Shown one piece after another: positions 50,973-64,000 of a stretch of 64,000 nucleotides of DNA. The stretch is taken from NCBI RefSeq assembly GCF_040938485.1, contig NW_027271434.1:1550001-1614000 (forward strand). Reading direction: 5' to 3'. Position 1 is the stretch's first letter; every line of letters starts with the position of its first letter. Under the pieces are notes generated by a model. The model was not told where the DNA came from. It did no database searches and saw nothing but the letters and a program-made list of their open reading frames with translations. The stretch comes from Diadema antillarum. Its lineage: Eukaryota. The position numbers and the translations under genes were made by a program.

Positions 50973-53900
50973 AAGGAGGACATCATGCCAAGAAATGACA
51001 TCTGTGATCTTTTCATTACGAAAAACTAACCTTTATACCCACTCAGAAAGATGTTTGAAAATCACACATGTCTGCCGCATAAATAAACGTCTCCACCTCT
51101 TATACCATCTAGCTTCTCTAGTAGAATGGGTTCGAGCTATTTGGCCAAAACGAAGACCAGCCATCAATCGATCAATTTTTATCAATCAATCATGCGATCC
51201 ATAAGAACGCCCGCTTAATGGTGACGACAGATGGTATGTAGTGATCAATGAGTCGTAGTGACGCCTAGATCGTGAGACTAACTGAGGCGACTCGTCGAGA
51301 ACTGTTTTTTACCCCCTCTCGAACTGTCTCACCTGGCGAGCTTGGCTGGCCGCGGTAATCCTGCACACCTCTTCGAACGTGTAACGAGTCCATTGTCCAA
51401 CTTCAATGGCCAATTAATAAAAAACGCATATTGGGCCGCTCGTTCAAAAACACCTGGCGAGCAAACAAACGCGTCCCGCGGAACCCGTCGTGTAGATAAG
51501 TGGTTAGGTCGGGAGTGAGGAAAGGGAGAACGTGGAGAGACGATGTTGGTTAACCATTTCTGTGCTAATGAGTTGAATATGCGCCAATTTTACATATATA
51601 CCTATGGACAGGTAATTGATGTGGCATGCAGAGGATTAAACGTAGATCGGTAAGGGTGATTACTTGGTGCAGGATTTCTGGCTTTTGTGATTCTGTCGGA
51701 TGTTTGCAAATGCATTTTGAAGTGTATTTGAGATAACATGAATATATATTGGACCGCACTGGTGTCCTGTCTTATATTATATTGGCTTCCAGTGACGTAG
51801 GATTACTGTGTCACTGTGTAACCTAATATCTACAATACGCAACCCCCCCCCCAAAAAAAATCGTCAATTAAGTACATCTAAGAACAATGCGAAATGATTA
51901 TCTGATTGAAATTTTTACACATGAAACCACACTTACATTATCTGGAGTAAATTTTAGGAGAATTTCGTCTCCATCTTAGTCTCGTGCTTATTTGATTGAC
52001 ATTACAAGATCATCACATCCTTATTATTATTGGTCTCTGCGTTTTATCATGCCCACCTAACGACAATAATTTGCACTCAACTGGATATTTGACCTCCGTG
52101 ATGTAATGGAGATGTCAGAAAAACAATGAAAGACCATCACGTGGTTATCTACAATGAGATTCCCTGTGTTAGCAAAGGGGCATGGAATTACCCTAGAAAC
52201 CACCAACTTCACGTTGGTGTGGTATTGATTTACGTAATGCCGTGGAATTCACTGATCAAACTAGAATGACGTCACAATACCTGTCTATCTTCTGTTCGTT
52301 CGACGAGAATCGTTGCAGACAAATTTCTTCATTTACGGCCAAGACTGCATGACACGGAAGATGGAGAAAATTGGTTTACATTGGTTTACAGCAGATCAAC
52401 TAGATCATCAATGATTTGAAAGGCACATCGGATATGTCAATACACTTCACATGCCATGCAATTACACTTGTAGTCTTTTGCTCGGCTCGTTTTGATATTT
52501 TGAAATTAGAATTAGTTTTCCACCACAGCACATTGCTGCCATCTGAGCAAGTTATTGCCTATGTTACAATCGCCTAGAAAAAAAGACAAAATCCATCAAT
52601 AAAAATTCAGAATTTACCCAGCATTACTTTATCTATTTTCCCCCTGAATTCCCCCCCCCCAACAACGTCCTCATGCTACAGGATCTGCGTTTTCAAAGTT
52701 CCAAAAGTGTCTTAAGTTTTCAAAATACGAAATTAGGTCGTCGTAGACTGACAAAAAAAGGAGAAGAAAAAGCGTGTGATATATCACACTTCATATCGAA
52801 GTGCGTGCAATGCAGCTTTCCAGTCCACAAAGACATCGCTCCCACCCCTTTGATAAAGTCGATCTGAATATGCCTTTGTCACAGCCATCGAATTAATGAT
52901 GATATACGCGCAACAGCAACAACAAACGAATTAGAATCGTCTTCTATCAAGATTACAACCCAAGGTCATAATTCCCCAAAGCACTCATTACTGCAGCAAT
53001 TTTCAGGGAAGTATTTTGAAAGTAAAAAATCGTGCTATTGTGTGATGCGTTCAGAGTTTCAAGTGGGGTTGATGTATTAAAAAGAAATGAGTAAAGGGGG
53101 AGGGTTTGCGCTGGGCGAGGAAAGAAAAGGGAAGAGGTGTGATGGGGAGCGTTTAAGTCAAAGTCATTCTCAAGGTAAGCAGGCCGGAACGATATCTGCA
53201 TGAAGAAAAGCAGACCCCCAGCTCACCCCGATCAGGACCTTCAAACTGTGTGTTAAATGCTCGCGATGACAAAGGCATAGTACAATCCAAATACTTTACT
53301 GTCATGAAAGCTAAATATTGCACACATTCTTCCAAATTCCCCTCCCATGTTGGCGGGCATCCGACACCTATTTTCTATGTGGAATATTCAAAGAGTTCCA
53401 GACTGCAATTGACAAGCTAATTGTGTGCTGACAATGATATGTACAAATTGCACCCGGTGAGGGGCATTTGCTGAAATACCTGAAGGCGGTAATCTACATC
53501 TAGATTGATCGCACGATAAGATAAGAGAGTGCGATCCCATTGCAGCGAAAGATGTACAAAGATAGGCACGGAGTGACTTGATCGAACAATATTGAAATGT
53601 GACAGGGTATGCTGCAACCAGCATGCTATTTACTCTTCCTCCGAAATAACGAATGCCAAGAAACTTAGAGAAATGAAAGATGTCGTGCATGCACTGCAAA
53701 TGCAGCAATACATCCTCGAATAAAAAGCTTTTTAATGAGATAGGCCTATTAAGAACACAAAATATGTCTGTCAATGTAACGAATGTGTGATAAGTTCGCC
53801 AACTTTGATCAACAGAATAACATTTTTATGCATTCATTTTATTCATTATTTTTGACGCGACTTTGTTCTTCAAAGAGTTATATATATAAATCACTTTGTT

Positions 53901-55089
53901 GTTTTGTTAGATTTCTTCATTTTTCTGAAGATTCTGCAAGCTTTTCTTTTTATTGTTTTATGTTGTAATCAGAAATACTTTTGGAGAATCAGGGGAGGGG
54001 AGTAGTATATCAATCTTTCTTTGTAGCTCACTCCATGTAGTAAACTGCAGGGACAAGTCGTGGTATTCAAGCCAAAATAACAAAGGACGGGAACTTACTT
54101 TTTAAGAACGCATCCACGCAGTATAATGGAGCAACAATCAAGGGAGTGAACTAGCTCCTTGCTTTGTCTGACACAGACCACGGACGCCTTTCCGAGGTTA
54201 CAATGTTTTCTTTATTGAGACTAATCTCTGTTGATATGAGGACATCATCTTCGCTCTAACTTTGCAAGCGTTCCACTTCAAGCCCATGAGCCTGTAAGAC
54301 GATGAATAGAGTCCATTAAAAGTTAATTAAGGTACATAATATAAAGCCATGTTAAGCACATCTTCTCCGTAACGCTCAAAGCCAAAAATCCTTTCCCTTT
54401 CTAAATGATACAAGAAGATAGTGTCCCCGGATGCGCCTGCGCTACGGTAATGATTGCAATAATAGCCTATTGAGCCGCTTTTGCTCTTTATTCGTGTATA
54501 ACAATTGAACAATCAGGGCGTCTAGCACGATTTTATAGCGAGGTAGCTAACTCTGCAAAGGGTGTATGAAAGTGCACGAGAGAAACGAGTAATGCTTTCT
54601 GGCGAAACGTCGCTTTTTAGTGTTAACATTATTGTAGTTCGCGAGATTTCAAATGCAGCCACGACCATATAAGGGCCCTGAGACAACTGAACTCCCCTCC
54701 ATAAAAGGACCATCTACCTGAGCTTGGATCACGTTCTCTTCCCGTTAGATATAAAGGTTATTTCAGCTGTAAAACGACACAGTGAGGGGTCCAGCAGGCC
54801 CGGTATGGTGTTTCATTAAATTCAGTGAGCCACAAGCACGCTTTTCATAAACCTGCAAAGAGCAGAGCTTTCGAAAAAAAAAATCATATTGGCCAATAGT
54901 TCTAAAGTCACTAATGTTGGCCTGGTCTACGGCAGTTTTTTTTTTATTTATGGTCACAGTCAACATGAGAATACCTCGTTGAGAGAATCAAAAGCCTCCA
55001 ATACTTTCTGAACCTTGAGAATGCAGCGTGTCACTTTCTTTTTACAAGTACCAACATTTTGAAAGGCCAGACCAAACGAGGCTGATCTT

Positions 55090-55280
55090 GTACGACGAGC
55101 TCCTCGAACAGCCAATCAGAAAGTCCCGTAAAAAAAAAAAGACTTGGTTTGCTGTGCACGTAACGCCGCGCGCTGTCAGATCGCCTTCTACCGGCGAAGC
55201 GCAAGAAAGAGCCAGGACTTGAGCAGACGATGCGGCGATTGTCGTGTTCCTGAGAGCGAGTTGGACAGTCGAGACGTGGG
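55090..55280 (+). promoter_or_regulatory. CpG-rich promoter-like region with a CCAAT box upstream of the signal-peptide exon
   Basis: AGCCAATCAG at 55110-55119 and a CpG-dense stretch downstream, about 580 bp upstream of the ATG at 55698. Confidence 0.35.
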
Positions 55281-55697
55281 AAGTTTTCCTGCAGAAGCCC
55301 CTCCTGTTCCTCATCTGCTCGTTTTGTTAAATCCTTTTTAATTCCTTTTACCAGGAGGCTATCATGAAGGAATATTGTGACATCAGTTCTTAGTTCGCAA
55401 CCATACTCTGTTGTAAGAGGATATCTATTCGGAAACAATCACTATTTTTTCCCTCTGAGAGCATGAATTCTCGTCATCGACCAACTTGAGCTTTGCTATC
55501 GCGGACGACAGGGTATCGCTCGTTCTGACTGGCGATATTTCGATTTTAGCTGCGGCGTTTGCGTGGTGGAAACTGACGGCTACTGGCGTTTTGAACTTTT
55601 CTACCACTTAGTACACAACGGTACTGCCTTTCGTACCCAGTGTTCAGGATTATTTTAGACATCGTAAGGCCCTGATCTAAATATCCCTGCAACAATC

Positions 55698-55814
55698 ATG
55701 GATCCTTCTTGTTTTCTACAACACAGACTCAGGCAGAACAGCCGCACAATTGCGGTCACAGTCCTAGCTGTACTATTTCTACTTTCAGATGCCAGCGTTA
55801 CATTTGCCACAAGG
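55698..55814 (+). CDS. Probable first coding exon (signal peptide) of an unidentified secreted or membrane protein
   Basis: Strong Kozak context aatcATGG; 39 codons MDPSCFLQHRLRQNSRTIAVTVLAVLFLLSDASVTFATR with basic n-region and hydrophobic h-region; ends at a consensus donor AGG|GTAAGT (phase 0). No downstream exon recognised. Confidence 0.5.
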
Positions 55815-56554
55815 GTAAGTCTGTCATTTTTGCTGTCAATATTGATCCAAATTTTATATTATTCCTATGCACAGAAATATGATTTTCCTAAAGCTAACAA
55901 TATACATTGTACATGCATTAACATTGAAGTGCGGGTAAATGTCCTCTGAATGAACGATATCATGCGTTTAAGTTTTCTCCGTTTTGATGGTAGTGTTATC
56001 TCTACATCAATGGTGTACTTAGACAGTACCTGGGGTGCTTCACTACGAATCAAATGTCTGAATTAAAAAGATCAACTTACGTCCCGTATGGTGTGTATGT
56101 CTTCAATGGAGATCAAAATTCCTAATGAAAATGAACATTTTGGAGACTTTTTCATGCAGTCATTAATATAAAAAAATGAGTGTCAAAGGATTGTTTTTCT
56201 GCAAATTTTGATAACAATTTGAAGTTGATTCTGCAAGACTAATAAAACTGAACAGGGAAACGAGTGACATACCATGATTTTAAGTCGGTTTCAACTTTAG
56301 AGATCGACTTAAATTCTTTGCGAAACACCCCCCCCCCCTTACGTCGCAAAATTGGTAAATGGTGGAACCACACACAGCATCATGTTTGCTGTACATTCTT
56401 GAGCCTTTTCGCCCTGTGAGTAGCCTTATAGAAATCGATGTTTTACGTTGAACAACACGGTGTGTCGAACCCTTCCTGCAGTCATTGAACCTATTTTTTC
56501 CTATAATTCTTAGACTTTGTAATTGGTGGAGAGATTATACCAACTCCTTAATGA

Positions 56555-56970
56555 GTGTCATCGAATGACCGCAGCTCTTTAGAGAAGGTGACATTATTGC
56601 CATTATTTCCTCTTTACCGGATAATCGATGAGGGTCTACACTTCTTTCGTTCTCTCGTGGCTGCTTATTGTCGAGAAACAATAGGATTGAGCGCCCTCGC
56701 TCATCTGCTTGAAGAGTTATCTGTTGTCGAGTTGAGTTCAAAGCAGAGGCGTCTCTGCAAACGTATCAAAAAAGCAGGCAGCGTCGGTGAACAGTGCGAA
56801 CTGCAGGCAGTTTCCAGTCAAAACAGGCTGGTTTTCTCTCGATGTCATTAAGGTATACCATGAATGGTTACTTTGAGTTCTTGCAATGAGTGTAACAATT
56901 GCGGAAGGACACATCATGTACTGGAAGAATGCTCCTTCTCGACAAAGTCGTCAGTGTCTCTTGCGCCCCT
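56555..56970 (+). mobile_element. Decayed retroelement gag-like remnant with a CCHC zinc knuckle
   Basis: In the frame of ORF 56555-56851, past two stops, CNNCGRTHHVLEEC at 56891-56932 fits CX2CX4HX4C exactly. Confidence 0.4.
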
Positions 56971-59900
56971 CAGTTAATGGTCAAGCGGGTATTGTCCCCA
57001 AAGTATGAATAGGTAAAGCAGGACATTCCCACACGAACGAGATCGGGGAGAAAGAACCATTCTACGTGGGACGATACGTCCAATTAAAGATGCTAAGTTA
57101 CTGGACACACACGTGATGTCATTGTGTATGGTTAAAGCTCCCATTGCTTCTTCCGATGATTACACAATTGGTAATGTCATGTAAATTATCCTACATGGCT
57201 TCATGTGTTAGAATTTAAATATGATATCAATTGTCAAAAATCAGCGTTTATGACGAAAAATTTCCTCCCTAGGCATAAAAAGATACTCGTCATTTATTGT
57301 CTCAGTAAATGACCTATATCGAGAAGCTTTGAAGTATATTCTTATCTCACTGACATTATGGGGTCATGAGAATACTAATTTATATTTTCATACACATGGG
57401 GTCAAATCTAGGTATTCCAAAGTCTTTTTTCCCTTTAATTTGTCGACAGATGTAAAAAAACAAACAAAACACAAACAAAAAACTAAAAACAAAACACGAC
57501 ATGTTTCATTATGCTACAGTGTGGTTATACCAACTACTGAGTATTTAGAACTGATTTTGTGCATAAAGAATGTGATGATTCAACTCCCATTTCATTCCGT
57601 AATTTCTGAGCATCCATTTTTTTCCTCTCTACTTGCATTCATAATTTTCTGAGCACATACTTTTGTGACCGCGGACCGCCCCGTGAACTCTTGGCGAACC
57701 TCATGTAGCTATGACGCTATTCAATGCATGGTGACCGTTGCCACGCAAGACATCCAGTTACGTCCAGTAGGAAAATTGCACTCCGCACTAGATATAGAAA
57801 TATCTTCCAAATTAAACAACAAAATGAAGAAGCAGCAAATGGGTTTAAATACTTATATAAATTATTGTATCATTGTACCATTCTCAAATTGAACCAAATA
57901 GAGAATAAAATGATGGACGGTACTTCACTCTCGCACCTGGAATATTTTGGTAACGTTTCAGTTTAGATATTTTCAGTTATTGGTTATACGAGAGAAAAAA
58001 ATCATGGGGAAATGAAGTTATGTATACACATGCATTACGAGCATCCAATACAAAATCACTGCGTGGGCTTTTTTCTGACTTAAACCATCTTCTGGCTTCC
58101 CTGTGGGAAAGAAAAGATTTATATCATTTGTTTTGATATGTGTTCCCTATCTTTACTCATGTGTTTTTCTCATGTAATTGTTACATGATGGACGCAAAAT
58201 GTCTACACATATTCAGTGGATCTGACCTACATTAACTTAACTTCTTAATTTCTTAGAGATATCATCTGACCAAGGGAGCCAACACCATCGACAAAATTAT
58301 TAAACCGTCAATTAATCTTTATATTTGATATGCTAATGCCGTCAGATTCTGTTTTTTCTTCATGAGTTTTATTTGTCTTGATGGTAACCTCACTGACGTT
58401 TAAACGACGCTTAGCCTCAAAGGGATACACCCAAACATCAATCCGTGTGAAGCTGCTGTCTTAGCTTCATTTACCCTCGTTCTACAGATGAAATCGTTTT
58501 ACTGAAAATTTCCTGCCACGCGAGATCGGTCTTCTACTTTCGTTGTCAATCCAAATGATATACTAGAGTATTAAACGTCCTCTGAAACGGAAACTCATGT
58601 CACAATGGCGTGCATGTAGTCGTAGAATCACCATCACAAAAGATTTAAGCCAGCTCCTTCGAAACGGATTTCACTAGCCTCCATAGTGTAATATCATAGC
58701 CATTCATCGCCATGGAAACCGGTTCTAAACAACCTCACCTGGCCCGAATATCTGTGAACACTATTGTTGATAATCATGCTCGCACCTGGTTTCAACCCAA
58801 GCTATAACAAAAGACTGTGACATCATCACTTCGATATTCTATATACCTCTTCTGATTGGTTATATACATTTCATAAGCCTATATAGTGGTGGTTGATCCT
58901 CAGTTCGATGTGGAAAGGAGTTGATTAGGGGAACCACGTGTTTATGTCGAGATGAATGACGGTATGAGATGATATGATTATATCTTACAAAGGAAGCGGA
59001 AGAAATTTGAAAGTTGATTGTGATTATTGTGACGAGATAAGGAGGGGGAAGACGAATTGCGTGATGCCGTGACGCAATCCGAAACTCTGCCCGGTCTAAA
59101 CCTCCTCTAGATGGATAGGGAGGGGGGGGGGGGGGGGGTTCAGGTCCTTTAGCTTTGTTGAGTCAGGTGTACACATATTTTGCCGCGCTTTCGTTTTTCG
59201 TTTTTATTTTCATAAGCCGTCACTTCTGCTATGGATTGGCAATCCTTCTCTCTGCTCTGGAAGGGGTAGAATTTTCTGAGTGTGAAGAGGTAACACGTCT
59301 TAGGGTGGAACTCCCTTGTTGCCGGCAGAAAAGAATGTTTTAACACTCACTTTACCGGCTGAATCGGCTGAATCCACCTGACACACGATGTCGCGGATAA
59401 TCAGTCGCGCAGGGCTTCGCAGCAAATCGAACTCTTCATACAAGTAATGCCCCGTTTGTTCGTCATGAAAACACTCAAGTGTTAGTAAAATGTAACAGTT
59501 GTCTCGCGCCTTTGTTAGCGGCGCGAATTGTTCGCAGCGACTTTTTGTAAGTTGATTTCAGCTCCTAAAATCACGCCCGCGAGCATTTCGGAGTATTTAT
59601 CGGCCCATTCTGATGAAGGCGAAAAGGGTTCAGTGATTATCTATCCGCTGATCCCGTGCAAAGTGAATAGAAGCGGAGAGGAAGAAAAAAATCCCAACTT
59701 CACTCCCACCGTCCCACGCTTACGAGGGTAACATACCTCAACTCACTGGTGCACTTTTCACACACACACACATTTAAAAGGTCCTATTTAAGGGCGGACC
59801 AGTCTAGCATGAAATTGAAACATATTGTTCCAAATAGTTCTCATTGTCATCTTAATGACCGTGTTAGGTATGGCCCAAAGGGTAAGGTTTTCCTTTAAGA

Positions 59901-62864
59901 GAGTAGTGCCTAGAGTAAAGTGACAAGCAGCAAGGGGCATGAGTACCAAAACTGAAATAAAAATGCGTCACGGAAATCACTGTCATTAAAAATTCACCCT
60001 TGGAACCTATCACCACAAAATGACGGAAATGGGATTATATATTTCAATTTAGTTTCGACGAGACATATTGCACAAATTAATGACGGTATCCAAAACAACC
60101 CACCAAAACTATGTTACACTCATACACTGCATTCATTTTCAATTGACCCATATCTCAAACAAATATGTCTAAGGTGTAACTTTGACTGATATTGGTAGCA
60201 ATGTAGCATTTAGCAACTGTTGCGGGTCTATATGCATGCTGGTTTTCATGTCATAGAGTTTCATACGCAGATACATGGTGTCATTCTTTTACTACAAGGT
60301 CCTGTCCATAGTTTCTCCTATTAATGAACAAGGAGTATTGACCATTTAGAGAGACCTTCACATTACGTTTCACTCTGAAATCATATCAACAAGGATTGAA
60401 ATGATAAACTAACAAAAAAGGGGGAAAAAAAGAAATACAGTGCCAAACTGCTTCGTTTTAGTTTAACTTTGTTGTCCTCCAACCTCACGAGCATTCCCCA
60501 ACCTGCACAATCCTATATAACGCAACTGATATCAGTCATGGTATTATTCATGACTAAACAGTCGGTACACCAGGAAATGGAGACATTATCTGAAAGTTTT
60601 TCGTTATCATTGCCATATTCGATGCATTATTACGTTGCTCAGCTGACAAATTATCACCGCAATCTCTCACAGAGGTGTTATAATTTGCCCTCATTGTTTA
60701 TCATTTCTAGGCCAGTATTCTCACTTATTCACATTCTTGTAAACCTTAATATCAATTGCAATATTAATGTTGTTCCTGGCACCCACAAGGCTTGCCCCGG
60801 GCTTGCCCGTCGTAGCAACAACTAATGGCATATATATAATTTGACTTCAAGACAATATGCATTTAGCTGAAACAGGCAAATTGAAAACCTCGACACGATA
60901 GTCCTCAAGGGAAAATCCCTATTTTTGAATACATAATTATTATCTGAACCTGCTTATTGTGGTCCTCTTGGTAGGTGTGGTTAAGAGGACTATCTAGTCA
61001 GACTGGTGTAATTTATTAGGAGTAAGTGAATTAACCTTGCTTTACGAAATCCCTCTTTAATAGGCATACATTACCAGTGTCCCTGATGTAAATTGGACAT
61101 GTGTGACTGTATTGCCGACCAGCGTGTTTGCCCTTGTATGTGTGGCTTTTTTCTTTCCTTCGCGTTTTAACAAGACACTTCTCAACAATGAGAGTACACT
61201 CGATGTATTGTTCACGTGTCTGACCTTATGTTTTCTATTATACAGCCCCCACAGCAAGAACATCTCCTAATTTCTTAATGATTGTGCTGAAATTGTATTA
61301 CACCATACAGGGTGGCGCTGCGGTTCTCAGTTTATATTTTCACCCACTCACTTTTAGCTCATGGATAGTCTGCTGTACGCAACATCAATAGTCTCTATTC
61401 TCGTATATGGCATCATCTTACCAACAAAACTGGTTGAATTAGGACAGAGAACGCCCTTTCTCATTCCGTAGAACCATAATAGGTTATTAGACTGCTATTG
61501 CAGACAACTTAGAGTTTGTTAAACGCCAATTTTTTTTGCTTAGAAATGGTGAAGCGGCTCCGTGTCCACGACTACGGCCGTGTGAAAGAAACGCAGAGTA
61601 TACATGGCAGTGACCGAGAGTTGACACTGTCCATTTATCATAACTACATTGTACAAATGAACCCAACAATGTTGATACCAGTTCGCCCCAAAAGGTTGCC
61701 AAGATGATAGTTCGAGGGAACATGTGCAGGATCAGAGGGAATGGAAAAGAGGATGGGGACGATGGGGGAATAATGACGTTGGTGGTATGTCTGGGAGGAT
61801 GCGGGGGCTGGGAGGAACTGTTAGACTTGAGCTCCATGGAGACAGCAACACGTACTGAGGGCAAATGTGGACTATATAGGGGAGTTTTTACTATTCGTCT
61901 GAGTGCGAAAAATAAATGTGAAGAAAAACAACTGTTGCCTCAGAATAAATAAATTGTACCTGATAGGTCTCTTGCCATGTCCTTCTACGTGCCTGTTGAG
62001 AGACAAACTTCGCTAAGAATAGAATGTATTCTTTATTTCGTCTATCTCTATCAGCGAAACGTTTTCAAACAAAGGGACTTCTCGTACGAAAGAGGAAGTT
62101 CGTTGTTGGACCAAGATACAGTAGGCGAGCCTATAGTACCTTCCTGGTTGGACATCGAAGTTCATGTAAAATTCGTATTTAATGTTCATGTTAGTTATGT
62201 AATGGTCTGATGCGCCTGTTCAACAGAAGCTAATTTTGCGATATTTGTTTGACCTGTCAGCATAATTTAATCGCTGATGATACTTATTAATGATAATGTG
62301 TCAGTGTTTGCTATAGGCGGTTGCGCAATATATAGGATACATGAAACAATTTCAAAATGGATTCAACCTCCCGGCTTTCGCCTCCTTTTCATCTCTTCAA
62401 TATTGCCTTGCTTGCTTATCACTTCTTTGTAGATACTCGCACTGTGTGCTTTAGTTGTTGATAGGTGCGGCTTGTATAAAAGAGGTGTACACAACATTGA
62501 AATACATAATGGAACTAGTATGTTTATGAAACAGTTCTCCCCAACGGTACTCTCCGATATTTTCCTCGCAGAAATAATTACCTCACGTAAACTGGCTCAT
62601 CATCCTTTTAACAAACATGCGATTAGAAGAGGAACCATAATATTATTTCTTATTGGAAGTCTTCATTTGTTGAATGATTAAGTTTGTAGAGCTTTCTTCT
62701 GTTTTTTTTTTTTTGGGGGGGGAGGGGGAGAAGTCTAATCACGCTACAACTTCGAGTATATACTCTACACCTCTCGATCGGCACAAGATATAGCTACACG
62801 CTTTGATTTAGGGACCGTTAGATTAAAAGTTTTAGTTTGATCATTAGAAATTTGAGATCATGTA

Positions 62865-63030
62865 ATATGATATGATATAATTATGACATAACATAACATG
62901 ATATTATATTAAATTATATCATATTATATTATATATTATATTATATTATATTATATTATATTATATTATATTATATTATATCATATCATATCATATTATC
63001 TTATATTATAAAATGATATGATATGATATG
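62865..63030. repeat. (ATATT)n/(ATATC)n/(ATATG)n pentamer compound microsatellite
   Basis: Direct reading. Confidence 0.85.
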
Positions 63031-64000
63031 AAAAACACTTTAAACAGAACCACTCATTATTTCGAAAGATCAGTTTGTTACACTAGATTCATGCATGCAG
63101 ACATCTTCACACGTTGATTATTGATAGCATGCCATGATCCTGCCTGACATAGCAACGACAAAGTAGAAATTGAAGTGAAAGTAGCAGGTGCATCAAAAGG
63201 TTCATCACGAGGTACACCAGGGCCTGAAACATCCCACGAATTTGGAGACTATTTAGTAACTGGTCTGGCCTATCTGCTTGTCTGCGCTGTGACCTCGAGC
63301 TCAGACAGTTCTAACAGTTCATGACCTCATTTTCCACACCGTCAACCTTTTACCTCATTTTGACGAAATGCAGTGCTTAAATCCTGATATTTTGCAGAAA
63401 AAGGGAGGAGTTTTCCAGTGATATGTTTTCCGGTTCGGCTTTGAAAAGTACAGTAAATCCCATGTATTTTCTAGCTTTATACAAGGGAAAAGTATCTTTA
63501 CCCATGGAGACAGCACTCAGCGAGCAAGGATCAAATGTCGCGACATTTTGCCGAATCGGAGTTGTCAGTTTGACTCTGTTCAGATCTCACTTTCATTTTT
63601 AATGAAAATTACCCTTTTATGATTCAGATAATACCATCGTTCCCTTTCTTTGTCGCTACGTCTGATAGTCGCCTAATAGTCTCACTTATCTTCTTCTTTT
63701 TTCTTTCTTTCTTTTTTTGCTGGGGCGAAAATTACCGTATATCTGACGCCAGTGGTTCTGCAGCGCCTCGTCGGAAATATTGTCGTGTAAAAACATGAAA
63801 CGGGTTGAGTGCAATGTGAAACTGACGTTCTTGAATAATCCTTCCAATTAACCCGCTCTGTGAATTCCGATAGGACGCTGTACTCTAAATATCGATTGCC
63901 TTTGGCGTATCAGGTAATGACGCAATCAAATCATTACGTCGGGACACAATATGACACTAGTTGGTCGCCAGAAGAGAAAAAGACGCCGACAGAAACTGTC

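Noticed and set aside
55031-55438. 135-aa minus-strand ORF with GSFLRFAGRRRSD, resembling the OAS/cGAS nucleotidyltransferase GS...SD motif
   Set aside because: It lacks the D-x-D catalytic pair, starts at a non-ATG codon, runs through a T homopolymer and is antisense to a promoter-like region; chance resemblance is likely.
63153-63324. 57-codon open frame after a tag acceptor as exon 2 of the signal-peptide gene
   Set aside because: Phase mismatch with the phase-0 donor, ends in a stop and has no recognisable domain.
40100-64000. A third CYP paralog or orphan CYP exons
   Set aside because: I recognised no P450 motifs on either strand outside the two genes.

Overview
Eukaryotic, AT-rich, intron-containing genomic scaffold with two sized N gaps. 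The repeat landscape and motif usage suggest a marine invertebrate deuterostome such as a sea urchin (inference). I reconstructed two complete, intact, head-to-tail cytochrome P450 genes on the minus strand, both CYP46A1 (cholesterol 24-hydroxylase)-like: copy A at 10250-21472 (13 exons, 519 aa) and copy B at 30582-40038 (13 exons, 512 aa). They have identical intron positions and phases and about 72% amino-acid identity by hand count. The most striking signal is a mosaic between the paralogs. Exon 5 (96% nt identity), exon 7 (90%) and the last 33 nt of exon 9 (100%) look recently homogenised up to the splice sites, whereas the intervening exon 6 (F/G region) has near-saturated silent sites. 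The rest of the window is mostly repeats: L2/CR1-type LINE ends, several MITE families, Helentron-like non-autonomous elements, a probable Crypton-like tandem dimer, a 40-bp minisatellite and a diverged ~0.9-kb tandem array between the paralogs. There are also two promoter-like regions and a probable signal-peptide first exon of a plus-strand gene at 55698. I found no prokaryotic systems, RNA genes or CRISPR arrays. All coordinates and counts are manual.
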